Below, one piece after another: positions 27,280-45,640 of a stretch of 64,000 nt of DNA. Within the stretch, counting starts at the first letter, position 1. Each line of letters opens with the position of its first letter. The translations under genes and the position numbers were made by a program. A model generated the notes under the pieces. That model was not told where the DNA came from. It made no database searches and was given only the letters and a program-made list of their open reading frames with translations. The stretch is from Chrysomallon squamiferum (lineage: Eukaryota > Animalia > Mollusca): assembly GCA_012295275.1 (NCBI GenBank), contig CM022673.1, forward strand, positions 28,706,001-28,770,000, given 5' to 3'.

Positions 27280-29160
27280 TAACCTCAAAAATTTATATAC
27301 CAAAGGTTTTTTGGTTTTAGCTTTACCCCGGGAACATGGGTAATTTGCACAGTTTGACGATAACGATCCCCTCAAATGTCAAACATTTTACTAGTTCAGT
27401 TTAGTCCACATAAATGTATTACCAACAGACAGAAACATGACACCAAAGTCTATTGCAATTCTTCAGTGACTTCTTTGTGACATCAGGTGACATATGCTAC
27501 AAACAGTTCCCTAAAGGTTAAAACAAAGCACTATTAGAGATATTTCTCACCATCACAAGTTAACACACAAATGATGCACGTGCCAGTTTTAAATTTCACC
27601 GTCGTCACCATCATCATTATCCTGATCCACTGAGATGTGATTGTGAAGGTTTTCGCACGATTTAAAATGGCACGGTTCACAGACACGTGTAGATGTTAAT
27701 CCATATTCCCTACAAGTCCTGCGTTGAGTGGTGCAGCCTGTGACGCAGTTCCAGTGATCACATTCAGCAGTGTGTCAGCTGCAGCGTTCTTTATACATAA
27801 TCACTGACATGAATTGGTTCTTACATTTCCAGTCCCGGTCGTCTGCATCATGTACAGGCTCTTTTTCTAACCGTGACGTAATTATGGAAATAAACACAGT
27901 ATGAATGGAATTTCTTGGAAGAAGTTGTTCAAAAGTCACAAAAGAAGTTGCAGAAACTATTATTTTGTCTTTCTTTCTTTTTTTTTTTTTTTTTTTTTTT
28001 TTTTTCAATACAGAATTCCGCAAAGACGAAAGAAATTTTGAATCTGGTGGTTTTTCTTCCAAAGATGATTTTCATCACTTTTATGCGCAAAACTCTAAAT
28101 GTTTGTCACCTTTCGCCTTAGAATTTTTCAAAGTATTTCTTCTTTCCAACGCCAAAAGTGCGAGTTGTGATATCACAGCCAATAAATACACTGAGAATGC
28201 TGCTGATAATTTATGTTAAGTTGATTTCTTGATTTTTGTCAGATCAAAAGTGTAGAATCTTCCTTTCGGGAGCGAAGTGGTACAATCAGCAGGTCCGCAT
28301 CTTCCCGAGTAACACCTGTGATTTGTTACTGTGAAGCAGCAACAGCAGATTAGACTGCCTGGCAGTCGTCATTTCCTTCAGTGCTTGTAACACTGCAACC
28401 CTTCTCCCTTGACTTCTCAATAACTAGACTGATTAGCTTGTTTTGTCCATTTGACGGGAGTTCTTCTGTTTTACCTCTAAAGACTGTTTCAGATGTGTCG
28501 TTTACTTTAGATGGTGTGGTTCCTGTCGTATCTCGTGTGTGTTGTCTTCAAGATAGTCACTGGATGAGACCAGTATCCTCAGCAAGAGTAATTTCGATAG
28601 TTCTATCAATGATAACTTTTTTATCTGTTCATTGACAAGGTCAGAAACAAGACCAGACCAGAATTTGCTTATCCGGCTAATTATGTAGTACTCCTCGTGA
28701 AATGTTCTGAATACATCTGGATTCCCCGACTCACTCGTTCTTGTTTCGTAAGTAACGATTCGCTGACTTTAGGGTCCAGCAGCAGCAAACAGAAGCATGC
28801 TAGATGGTATCGATGCCACCAAGAGTATTATTTATCATTGTATGAAAACTACCCAGTAACAAGTTGATGTCTTTCAAATAGTTATCTTTGATGAACTGAT
28901 GCACAGATGCATATCCGAGGCAATCCAAAATAAGGGAGGGTCAAATGTGATGACTGGTGGGACTTTGTGTCTGTCATTACAGATGTAGGTCAAACAAACA
29001 AACAAAGCCACATAACTGACTGCCGCTTTACTACATTCCCTCCACACTTAGAGTAAACATTTGAGGAGGTCGCCATCTTGAAATTATGCAAATTGTTCTC
29101 CAATAACTGATAGATAAAATTAAAAACAAAAAATCTTTTGAATAGACGTTTAGGGGATTC
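27280..29160 (-). mobile_element. Decayed, internally deleted Academ-like DNA transposon (transposase + XPG/PIN-like nuclease + Cys-rich C-terminus) with degenerate TIRs
   Basis: Minus-strand fragments in order, with stops and frameshifts: MLLFAAAG; SKFWSGLVSDLVNEQ; DKNKLISL...GCSV; NLLLLLH; FIGCDITTRTFGVGKK (H3TH-like); CREYGLTSTRVCEPCHFKSCEN. Inverted repeats: 27342-27379 aatttgcacagtttgacgataacgatcccctcaaatgt versus the reverse complement of 29057-29094, with similarity continuing outward. Confidence 0.72.
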
Positions 29161-29597
29161 AGCCATTATTTTTTCATATATCGGCCTGATTATCTTGTTT
29201 TCTTCGCTGCTGTATTTTATTACTTTTTATTTTATTTTATTTATTTTTTTTTTTATTGTTGTTGTCGTTTTGTTTGTTGTTGTTTATATTTGTGGATTTT
29301 TTTTTGGGGGGGTATTGTTGCTATTATATTTTATATATATATATATATTATTTATTTATTTATTTATTTATTCATACTGTAAGCAATTTCTAAATGACGA
29401 AAAATGAAAATAAGATACAGCAAATAACAATACGATTAAAGTCTGGCCGAGATAGCAAATCATAATTTATCAATAAACCCCAAGATTGGAACGCTTAATT
29501 TATCAACATTTATCGACTCGAGACCGAATAATTCTTTATCTCTGTCTGCCAAAGTGACTATCAACATGTTTTGTTTAATTTATCCTTATTATGTGTG

Positions 29598-29636
<39 letters not shown>

Positions 29637-30034
29637 AACGAATGACATTTATTTCTTAATTACCCATCTATTTAACATACGTTTATTTCACATATTTTAA
29701 CACTATGTTCAGCGTTTGAATAAGTTACGTAATTTTTTCAGAATACGTTGTTTAGGTGAATTTTCAGTCTTTTTTTTTTTTTTTTTTTAAATACTGTTAC
29801 TAATACAGCTACTCAGTCTTATGTGCATTTTTTTATCCGAGAACAATTACTAAATTTAATTATCTTGTTAAATATAATAATTATGTTATTTTAAGATATA
29901 TCGCTCATAAACATTTAGATATGAAAAAAAAATGTCTTATTTACTGAATATAACAATACTGATGAATTTATAAAATAGAAAATACAATAATATGACAGCA
30001 ACAACACCCGTTACTGAAAGGCTTGTGCGTGATT

Positions 30035-30342
30035 GCCTGGCTAGCTCAGTCGGTAGCTACAAATAATCAATATAGATAAACCATGGAAATGGATAAAAGA
30101 ATTAATACTATAAAATACTGTAAATATATATGAATATTCCGAATAAATAAGTATGCATGCATGGGAGTGTGACTGAGTGTGACTGAGTGTGTGAGAGGAA
30201 ATAGTTTTTGTTATTGTTATTTACAGCTGTAATGTTATTTTAATTGTGTACAGCTGGTGATTATACTAATAAAGATAAAATAAAAAAAAAAAGCATGAGA
30301 CTCTTAATCTCAGGGTCGTGGGTTCGAGCCCCACGTTGGGCG
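30035..30342 (+). tRNA. tRNA-Lys(CTT) gene interrupted in the D-loop by a 235-nt insertion (probable pseudogene)
   Basis: 30035-30056 GCCTGGCTAGCTCAGTCGGTAG joined to 30292-30342 AGCATGAGACTCTTAATCTCAGGGTCGTGGGTTCGAGCCCCACGTTGGGCG gives 73 nt, the canonical metazoan tRNA-Lys-CTT with a single C4>T change; TTTT terminator at 30349. Confidence 0.92.
30057..30291 (+). mobile_element. Poly(A)-tailed insertion in the tRNA (probable 5'-truncated retroposon 3' end)
   Basis: AATAAA at 30268 followed by an A10 tract exactly at the 3' junction; no evident target-site duplication. Confidence 0.55.
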
Positions 30343-30563
30343 CTAGCATTTTGTTTTCAATAACAAGGTTTTTATTTTTTTTATATATATATTTTTTTTT
30401 TTTTTAGAGAGAGAGAGAGAGTGTGTTAGAGGAAATCAGAGAGAGAAATCAAAATACAAATGAAACACAAATATGTAAAAAGGAAAAGAAACAAAAGAAA
30501 TGGAAATGAAGAGAAATCATTATTTTTTTCAACCACTCATTCATTATAGGCAAACTGGGTTTT

Positions 30564-30843
<280 letters not shown>

Positions 30844-31348
30844 GTTATGGTTATAAACAAATAATAGTAATAATAATATGCTGTGCCAGAGATCCGGTTA
30901 CATAGAAGACACATTTTAAACATTTTATAAAAATAAAACAATAACTAGTTATAAAGTTCAAATAATTTATTAAAAGGCAAACTATTTGCACACTTGTAAA
31001 AGCTTTCAAATAATAATGAGATTAAAATTTTTACACATGTTAATGAAATATAACAATCCTACAAACATTACTGTAAAAAAAAAAAAAAAAAAAAAAAAAA
31101 AGTTATCAAACATCTGGGTAAATCATACTTCATGAAAGACAATAAGATTATTAGTTTTTTTTTTTTTTAGATCAATAAATTATCACAGACTGCAAGTTAG
31201 ATATCACAGATCTTTGAAAATCTGAATTATTCTGTAAACTTCAACGGCCAAAACAGGATATTATATAAAGTAGAATAAGGGAAGCATATATAATTATGAT
31301 CGTTGTAATGTTCAATGTGAAATGAAACAATTATATAAAATTAAAAAA

Positions 31349-31380
<32 letters not shown>

Positions 31381-31979
31381 AATAAAAGTTGCTAAAAATG
31401 TAGGTGGTGTATTTATTCATCCTGGTTATTTTTTCAGGGAAATACGGTAGAAGATACAAAAACTAAAATCTGAGCAGCTGTACAATTTGGGTATGAGCCT
31501 CTGGTCACAATAATTATACTTTTAAGATATTATTTACAAGGCCAAATCTGGTAAAAATAGTGTAAACCCATTTTTATTTTAAAAATATTAAAAGCAGTTA
31601 TGAAAAAAGGAGAATAAAGCATCCAAATGTCTTCTATTTTGCTATTAAAGTTGAAAAAATTGTTGGACGAAAGTGTTTTATATCAAAAACAAAAATCTAA
31701 AAATAGCAGCGATGTTAATAACAGATACTAAGGATTTAATATTTAGTATTATAATGCTGTATTAGAATACTGACACTATGTATTTAAAAACAATAAAAAA
31801 TAATTTTAAAAATTTATATATTTGGATTAGTTATTTTGTTAAAAGGGAAAAACATTATATCACAACTGATAAAATCTGATAAAATGTACATGTATATTCA
31901 AAATAATTTTAAAAAATCTGATATATTCATAAAAACAGTTACATCAGCAACACATAAAATTGTTATATAGAGAGATATT

Positions 31980-32020
<41 letters not shown>

Positions 32021-32350
32021 CTATAAATTTCAATTACATAAAATCATTTTTGAAATGTAATTACAATCTTTTTTGTTGGCACAAAAGGCACTGTAAAAAA
32101 ATATAATAATAATAAAATAAAATAATTTTAAAATTATCATTTAATACTGATACACTTTTTTAAACAATCACAAGAATCATCATTAAAAAAACACAAAACA
32201 AAACACAAATTTTTACCTTCCATATCATTTCATCTGGTTTATGTTCATTTTTAAATTATATTCGGTATTGAATTAAAATTTAAATTCACAGTGAATTATT
32301 AGAACACAGGCAAATAGTCTTTGGTACATAATAGTTTCAGTATTATTATA

Positions 32351-32391
<41 letters not shown>

Positions 32392-34149
32392 TGTGAGTGT
32401 GAGTGTGTGTGTGATACAGTTAGTATTTAGTCTGTTTACAATAAAGGACAATTTTTCAGATGTGTATCATTTATATATGTTCCTAAGTATTATCATTAAT
32501 TCTGAAAAGATAGTTATACAACAGATTTTTATATAACAACTCAAAATATAGCATAAAATATTCTGTTCATAATTATTTTACATTCTTTTGAGATCTGATA
32601 AACTGAAGTATTAAATAGGAAGAACACAGACTGATAAAATTCTCATTAAAATGTAATCGTTTACTTCTAAGATATAGTTGTTGCTGTTTTAATTTGTAAA
32701 ATAACTAAAATATATACAGTTTTGTTTCTTATATATAAAAAAAAAGAAATGAAATTAAATTATAATTTTAACAGTATCTTTAGCAAAAACTGTAAAGATT
32801 GTTAATTTTAAAATATATACAAAATCACCATATAAAAAATACTGGTCATTTGTAAGTATCATCCATGTTATTTGGTACACAAATTTTAGAAATAATAAAT
32901 AGCATTAATTTTACAACATGTTTTATATAAATAACATACACACAGACGCATATTAAAATGTATACATGTGTACATATATGTATATGTATGAATATACATC
33001 AACACTAAGTGTTTATTATCAATAAATAAAATAATTAGTGAAACCTATAGGGCAAGATAATACACATATTGCATCATATCACAACTTAACTCAAACATAA
33101 CTATAATACTTAATAACAGCTTTAAGCAAGCTTCTTAATACTGATAAAACTTATGGTTTTGTCCATTAAGGACTGCATTACACAAATAATTCACAGTAAA
33201 TAATATATTGTCAACAGTAAGGCAGAAAATATATAAATCAAAACGGACACATCATGAAAGGATCTGGAATCTCAATAACAGTGTGGTTGGAAGTGACTGA
33301 CTTTCAAAATGAAATGTAAATTATAATAAAGAAAGAACAGTAACTCTTAGTATATATAAATACGTGAAATACCCAGGGTATACAATATTAAAGCGAACAG
33401 TATTTTTTATATTCATTACACTTTTGTTAATAATAATACTGCATTTTTATGCATTTTTGGTTATTTTAAAAGATAAAATGATTTTGTATTTGGCTGTGGA
33501 ATTAAAATAATAACTGTTAAATCTGTATGTGTAAGAACTTCAAAAAGATAATTTTTTTGTTGTTGCTTTTTCAGTGTTTTTATGTACATTAAAATAATGA
33601 CATTTCCATCAAATTTGTTCAAATATTTTGCTATTTTGTTGGCTTGTCTTATAAACATTTAATCCAAATATTTAACTAAAATGTAATATCATTTTTTATG
33701 TGAGGAATCTATTGTGAACAAAACAAAATTAAATAATAATATTAATAATATCTAACAGAATATTGTATGTGTTTACTAACTGTAAACAAAAATATGAAAA
33801 ATTTAATCTTTAAAAGACTTTTTGAATATTATTTTTATATGTATCATGTACAAATCTGAATAAAAAAGGTTCCTGCTGTATATATTTGCTTTTATATACA
33901 CAGAAACAATCTCAGGTGGTTATTTAAAAGATAAATATTTCAGTTTCATATTAAAAACAATTTATCTCGATAGAATTACTTTGAGCTGTACAAATCATTT
34001 TAAAAAGAATTAAAGAAATGTTTGTTTTGGGTTCTTGTTTCTGAGGGGGGTTGGGGGGGAGTGTACAGTTTTCTCTAGAAACGTACATTTAACGTGAAGA
34101 TTTCTGACTGAAAACAAAAATCGGAAGCCATATTGAATGATCCTGAAAC

Positions 34150-38805
<4,656 letters not shown>

Positions 38806-39446
38806 GATTTGTCAACTAAAAGTTTCTACTAATTAAAGATAAAGTTTTTAACAAGTTTTTCTTAACCTCCTTTTCTTTGAATGCAGGTGCCCGTTTTAAC
38901 AGGAGGCAGCCATATTTCCGAATAAATGTAAACTACGTCGGTTGTTAGGAGATACGGAACGATAACTTCCGTATTTATATTTCGTACTCGATCGTAATAA
39001 GTCGGTAATTGTCGGTTAGGAACGAACAGTACGCACTTTTGAATAAAATCTGGATTTTCAAAACTGAGCGTACGACCATAAACCATGACTTTGTCTATTT
39101 AATTACAATGAGTTTATTTTTTAAATAAAATAATATAAAACAAACTATGATTAACTAATAGTTTGATTTTTGTCTTTTGTTGTCGAAATACAGTGAGTGT
39201 GTGTGGGGGGGGGTGTCTGTTTGTCGGAAATGTTTTTGGAGTTCTAGATAACTGGCTATTAGAAGAACAAAGAAAACCAATTATTAAAAGGGTTGACATA
39301 GTGTAAAAACAATTAATTATGTTGACATATTGCTAACCTAGATGACTTATTAGAGAAAGTCATTTGATTTTTTCAGTAATCGTCATTAATTGTTTTGCAG
39401 ACATAGTTTGTATACGAAATATAATAATACTGACAACAACAACAAC

Positions 39447-39483
<37 letters not shown>

Positions 39484-39581
39484 TCGTAATAATTTTAAAA
39501 AAGTGTTTCAGTTTTTACAGAAAATGAAATTATTTAATAAATTAACCTGAAGAAAGACTCATCTATAGTATATGCAGACAC

Positions 39582-39689
39582 CTTCGATCATGTCATCATC
39601 TTTCAAAACATGCTGCAGTCCTTTCCATCCACGATGTAAGTTATCCTCAAATTCTTTCCTGTCCAGCCATTCTTCGCTGACAGCTCGAA
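39582..39689 (-). other. Orphan exon-like segment (108 nt, phase 1-1)
   Basis: taattag|...|gtgtct; open frame RAVSEEWLDRKEFEDNLHRGWKGLQHVLKDDDMIE with coding-like composition. Confidence 0.4.
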
Positions 39690-40663
39690 CTAATTATACA
39701 AATAATTATACAGATAGAGCCTTAGATAAGTTTCATTTATTTGGGTTTTCTTTATTCAGTTTCTTTCTTTATTTTCTTTCAGCAGAAAATGAAAACTCAC
39801 TTTTGCAATCTAAATAAATAAATAAAACTTCTTTGAAATTTTTTGGTTCCCCACATTAAAAGTCCTGTCAAAAAAGAATAATTTTAAAACATTTCTATTT
39901 CTAAATGATACTTATTAAGGTACAGCGAACTGGAAAATGATCGCCCTAAAGTAAAGTAAAACCAAAATTATTGTTGAATCAGTAAACGTACGGTTTTAAT
40001 GGTTCTTCCTCATCTGGAATATGCAACACTATTTGACAGTTTTAAGGCAAACCATTTAAAAAAAGACGAAAACTGTTCTTGATAGCAAATACTGAATAAA
40101 ATACGAGAATAAATAACATATGCATTATTCCTACCATGTTTAATTAGTAATCGATTTATTTAATATACAACTGTTAACTGAGGTTGTACACGTATTGTTA
40201 AGTGTGAATTGTACTTCTGCTTAGTATTGTTTTTATTTTGTTGGGTTTGTGTTCTTTGCGTATTCTCGTCTTTCTTTTCTACGATCTGTGATTTTTTTAA
40301 CACTATCGAAAATAAAATCCATAAAACGCAGAACAACTGCATGTTTCATTCGGTGTCACATATGTACACATGTATCTATAATACGAGTATATATGTCTTG
40401 GCGTCGTACATACGTGCGTGTGTGTGTGTGTGTTTTAAATGTGTTTTGTGGCTGTTTATACATCTTTTTCTCAGCGATTCTAGATTTTAGTTCATTAAGT
40501 AAAAAAAACCATGACAAAATGCTATGCAAAGAAAATGCAACTTTAATTATATATAATGCTCAAAAACATATTTATAAATAATTTATTAGTGTATATTTTT
40601 AAGAAATCCAATAAATAAATATATCTAATATTACAGTCAGATTTAATTAGTGTGTATGTAATC

Positions 40664-40756
<93 letters not shown>

Positions 40757-41173
40757 TTATGTATATTATATGCTACAAAAATCACAATTTTCATAATTAG
40801 TAGAATTAAAATAAATAAATTAAAATTTGTTTATAACTGACAGTAATTAACATGAAATTTTTTTTTTTTTCAAAAAAAAAAGAAAAACATTGCTCAGCAT
40901 TTATCAAATATGGAAACTAAAAACCAATTTCCTGTTTAATGTGTAATAGAAACAGTGATTGGTCTATTTAAAATTTTTACAAAATAATCTAACATGCACA
41001 ATGATTGGCTACTAAACAATTGGTTGATTTACATTCTTCCCAGAATTCACTGATTAATGATTAGAAAATTAACATAAATATAGTTAAAAATATTTTTAAA
41101 AATCTAAGAAGCAACCAAAACTGTTTTTGCTTTTTTTAAAGCTATATAAAGTTAAAAATAAAAATTTTAAATT

Positions 41174-44100
41174 TTAAAAAAAGAAGCTGTAGTGACTGGA
41201 CTTGAGAAAATTCTTCTTGTGCTTGGCTTGGATGAAGGTCACCTCCTTTTCCCACTTCTTTCGTTCCTCATCCACTTTGTCTAGGAGACTGGTGAACGAT
41301 TCCTGGAATAACAGAAACAAAAATTAAAACAAAACAATTAGAGCAATTAAATGTTGTTTTTTGTGTGTGTGTGTGTGTGGAGAGAAACATGTCTCTTGCA
41401 TGGACAGACACATACACACACAAACACAGACAGATGAACATACAAGTAATATTCTTTGATATTCTTTCTCGAGTGTGCTAATTTTTCGTTTCTGTTTTTC
41501 TATCTCTATGTCTTTCTCCATGTTGATCTTTCTGTTTTCTTCTTCCACCCTCTGTAAAGTTTCATTTGCTTCCTCTACAAAACAAACAAACACATTAAAC
41601 AAACAAACAACCAGTCAACCAAATGAAAAAATTAAAATAAACAAACAAACAGCTCAACGAGTAAATAAATAAATACAAATTAGGGAGAATATTAGTTTCT
41701 CCTGGTTGTCATTTTATTTTTGATGTTTTATTATTAGGAAAGATTGAATGAGTGGTAAATGTCAAATACTAGGAATTTGTGTCACACATATACTTCAGTT
41801 AGCTAACAGACAGACAGACAGACACACTTACGGAGTTCAACACTCAGAGTATTCAGTTCCTCTTCCAGATAAGCAATTCTAAAACCCATTTCTGCCTGTA
41901 AAGCCTTGAACTGTCTCGTCATATCTGTAAATATTATCAAATACAGACATATATATCTATATATATAGAGATATATACATCAACACCTCACTCTTGTACA
42001 GACATATGTATCTATATATATAGAGATATATACATCAACACCTCACTCATTGCAATATCTTGTACTGCCTGGCCTTATCTTTAAATATAAGCAAAAAAAG
42101 ACATAAACACACACACATACACACATCCAAACCTATCTGATTGTAATATCTACTGCCCTTTCCTCATATCTTTAAGTAGTGTTAAATAAAGACATGTACA
42201 CAAACATTTCTAATAGTACACCATGTGTGTTCATGCTCTATCTGTAATTATAGAACAAAAAAGAAATTCCTGATTTATCTCGTCAGTCTGCACATATCAC
42301 TCAGTACATCTGTGTCACTCAGTCACTTAAGCCATCAGTCTATTTTTTCTGTTTTTTCTAAGTCTTCCTCTGTTATTTAGTGTAGTCTCTCAGTATCATT
42401 TTGTTTGTGTCCCTCTTTTACTCTATACCACTCTGTCAGTCGTTTACAGTATCTGTTTCATTCTGTCAATCAATCATTTAGATTTCATTGTTTAGTTAAA
42501 TCACTCTGTGTGTCTTTTAGGTTTATCTTATTTATCTGTGTCACTCATTCAGTGGGTGCTTTGCTCAGTGTTCATTGTTTCTGTACAGCTCTGTTGTTCA
42601 TCATTCAGGTTGTGGCACTCGGTCAATCTGCTATTGTATCTGTATGATTCTTTCAGTCTACATCTACCTTTAAGGTTGTATCACTAAGTCTGTCAGTCTT
42701 TTAGTTAGTGTCACTAAGTCTTTTATTTCAGAGGTCTTTTAGTTTCTGTCACTATGTCAGTCTATCTTTATCTATGTAAGTCTGTCCCTCTGTCTTTTAG
42801 TCTGTCAGTCATTCAGTCAAATAGAAAAGTGATGTCTGTCTATCTTTTAGTTTTCATCACTCAGTCTTTCTCTGTCACTCAGTATATGTATACTTTTGCT
42901 CTCTGTATATGCACATGCTACTGTCAGTTTGTTTATTACTGTCTGTGAGTTAGTCTGTCTGTATCACATAGTATATGTTGTTTTGTCAATTTCACTCGGT
43001 TCATATTTTAGTATGTCATTTACTCATTGCATCTGTGTTGTTCATAATATGTATCTTTTTAATGTCCCTCTCACCCAATCAGACTATCTGTGTCAATGTC
43101 TATATATAATGTATTTGTATCATACTCTGTTAGTCTGTCATTTTGTAAGTGTCAGTAACTAGACACGTCACTGAGTTTGTGTGTGTTAATCTACATGAAT
43201 CACTTAGTATATGTGTTTCTTTTATCTTTATCAGTCTTTTATTATATCTGTGTCACTCTATCAGTCTGTCTGATGATATATCTTTGTCATTCACTTAATC
43301 TTCATTATGTTTATCACTTTGTCACTGTACTGTTACCCCTGCAAGTGCAGTGACAGCATCATTAAACATACTCCCCACTGCAAGGAGCCTTCAAGAAACT
43401 TTCCTCAAAGACACTGGCACCATTACTTTCAAGGGATTCAACCTCTATCATAAATTATGTTAAAGTGAAAACCTCGGAGCCAGTTTCTGTTAAATACTAA
43501 CTTACAAGAAATGGCTGTTCACACTCATGAAGCTGTGACTCTGTGTTCAGTTTGTTTATCACTCACAATCATTTTAGACCTTCAATACCTCCATGCTTTT
43601 GTAGAATAATTTGAATTAAAAAAAAATAATAAAAAATACATACCTTAATGGATGATACAGTAATGTGCTGTTATTACAACACTTTCTTGCCTGCAGTGAT
43701 TTAGTATCTTATAGTCATGGCAACTGGTCTTAACTGCAATGATACAGTATCTTGTTTTCATAAATAGCCATACCTGCAACGATATCTTTTTTTTCTTGGG
43801 CCTGTTCCTGAAGTTTCTGCTTCAGTTCCTGGACCACTTGTTTAGATTCCACATTCTGCTGAACTGCCTTTCCTGACAGCTGCTTTCGTTGAGCTGAAAT
43901 CAGAACACTTTTCAACTACGGATTAAAAAGCTGAATAAATATTTATTGAAAATGCAATGGAAGTTGATAAAAAAAAAAGTAAAATAATTCATGTAAAAAT
44001 AAATGAATGGTAAATATCTGAATAACAAAAGATTTCTGAACAAAAGGAAAAAAAGAGAAAGTTCATAAAAGTAAAATAAAGATGTAAATAAATAATAAAG

Positions 44101-44297
44101 AAGTAAACAGAATAATAAATAATGATTGATAGAAGCAAACAAACTAAGTAACTAAATAACTAGTTAAGAATATTAAGGTTACCAAGAATATCTTTCAACG
44201 CCTCAATTTCATCCAAAGCTTTCCTGTACTTTTCATCTAAAATTGTAAGTGGATCTGCAAATAATAATAATGATAATGATGATGATAATGATGATTT

Positions 44298-44338
<41 letters not shown>

Positions 44339-44821
44339 AATAATAAAGTAAGAAAGTAAGCAAGTACTTTATTATATATTTTTTTATTCTTGGTATTATT
44401 GTTGTTTTTGTTTTTATTATGGGGGACTGTCATTATGGAAAGCTTCTTATTATATCATTTAATGTATGACGTCAATTCAAAATTTTCCGCCATTACATTT
44501 CATTAAAACATTATTTGAAATTTTTTAATTTGTAAATTTAATTTTATGAATGTTATATCATTTACGTTGTTTATTTAAATACTTTTTTTTCATTGTACTT
44601 TTTAACATACGTACGTTTCAATGCCAGAAAGGTGAATGCATTAATTATTATTTTAAGAAATGATACATTAACTGTTTTCTTAATTTAAATTAAAATAAAA
44701 TATAAAGTCAGTCATTTTGTTATATTAATTAATCATAGATAATAATTAAATAAAAGTGTTGTTCTTTTTAGATGTTACCTTCTTTCCTTTGTTTAATTGC
44801 CTTGTTTTTTTTGGGAGGCAT
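41174..44821 (-). CDS. CCDC153: Coiled-coil domain-containing protein 153 (DRC12)-like, 6 exons, ~195 aa
   Basis: Exons 44821-44779, 44254-44183, 43893-43774, 41924-41832, 41574-41444, 41302-41174 with consistent phases. Starts MPPKK; contains ADMTRQFKALQAEM, LEKEYQRILLESF and KKWE...IQAKHK. Confidence 0.8.
42280..43330. repeat. Degenerate low-complexity satellite (tcactcagtc/tctgtc-rich) in CCDC153 intron 3
   Basis: Dense recurrence of gtcact, cagtc and tctgt words with strong strand asymmetry. Confidence 0.55.
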
Positions 44822-44902
44822 GTTTATAAAATTTTAGATTCTTTTTCTTATTAAGATTAATTTTATAACTCCGCAGAAAACAGGATACAATTATTTCATT
44901 GG

Positions 44903-44939
<37 letters not shown>

Positions 44940-45608
44940 TTATAATAATAATAATAATAATTTATTCTGATTGTAATAAACAGCTAACATCAATCGGCAA
45001 GAAAGTGTGTGCCCACGAAGTATTTGAATCCATGCAACTAAAACTTAGATAGAATGATTTCTAAAATAATTTTAATTCATTTAATTTTTTGCAAGAGAGA
45101 GAGTACTTTACTTTCTAAATAATTTTGTTATATGTTATACGTTTTATTCAAATTTAAGAATCATTCTTTTATTATTATTATTAGTAATAGTAGTAGTAGT
45201 AGTAGTAGTAGTATTGATTCTTCCATTTTGCGTAGACCGAGCAGAACCATGAGCTATCACTTTTAATTATCACATGATAATTACATTTACAATTTACCGC
45301 AAAGAACAACAAAATGTACTCATTTGATGTTATGTTTAATAACAACACATAAACGGTGATGGAAATGGCATAATTTTACTTTAAGATCATTTATCCATTG
45401 CAAATTCGATTCATTCTTTATCATGATCTTCTTGAATTATGAACTGTTAAGAAAGGCCTGAATTAGGGTAGGTAAATATTTTATTATCTGCATCCAGTAA
45501 TAAACAATAGTTTCAAAAATAAAAATAAATAATAATAAATAAAAATATAATAAATAAATAGATAGATAAATAAATAAAAATTACTACTACTACTACTACT
45601 ACTACTAC

Positions 45609-45640
<32 letters not shown>

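Noticed and set aside
27905-28635. Plus-strand ORFs of 68-104 aa
   Set aside because: Antisense to transposase remnants
30053-30293. Spliceosomal GT-AG intron within the tRNA
   Set aside because: Using the nearest GT and AG would delete GTAGAG from the D-arm, and the 3' end is poly(A) rather than polypyrimidine
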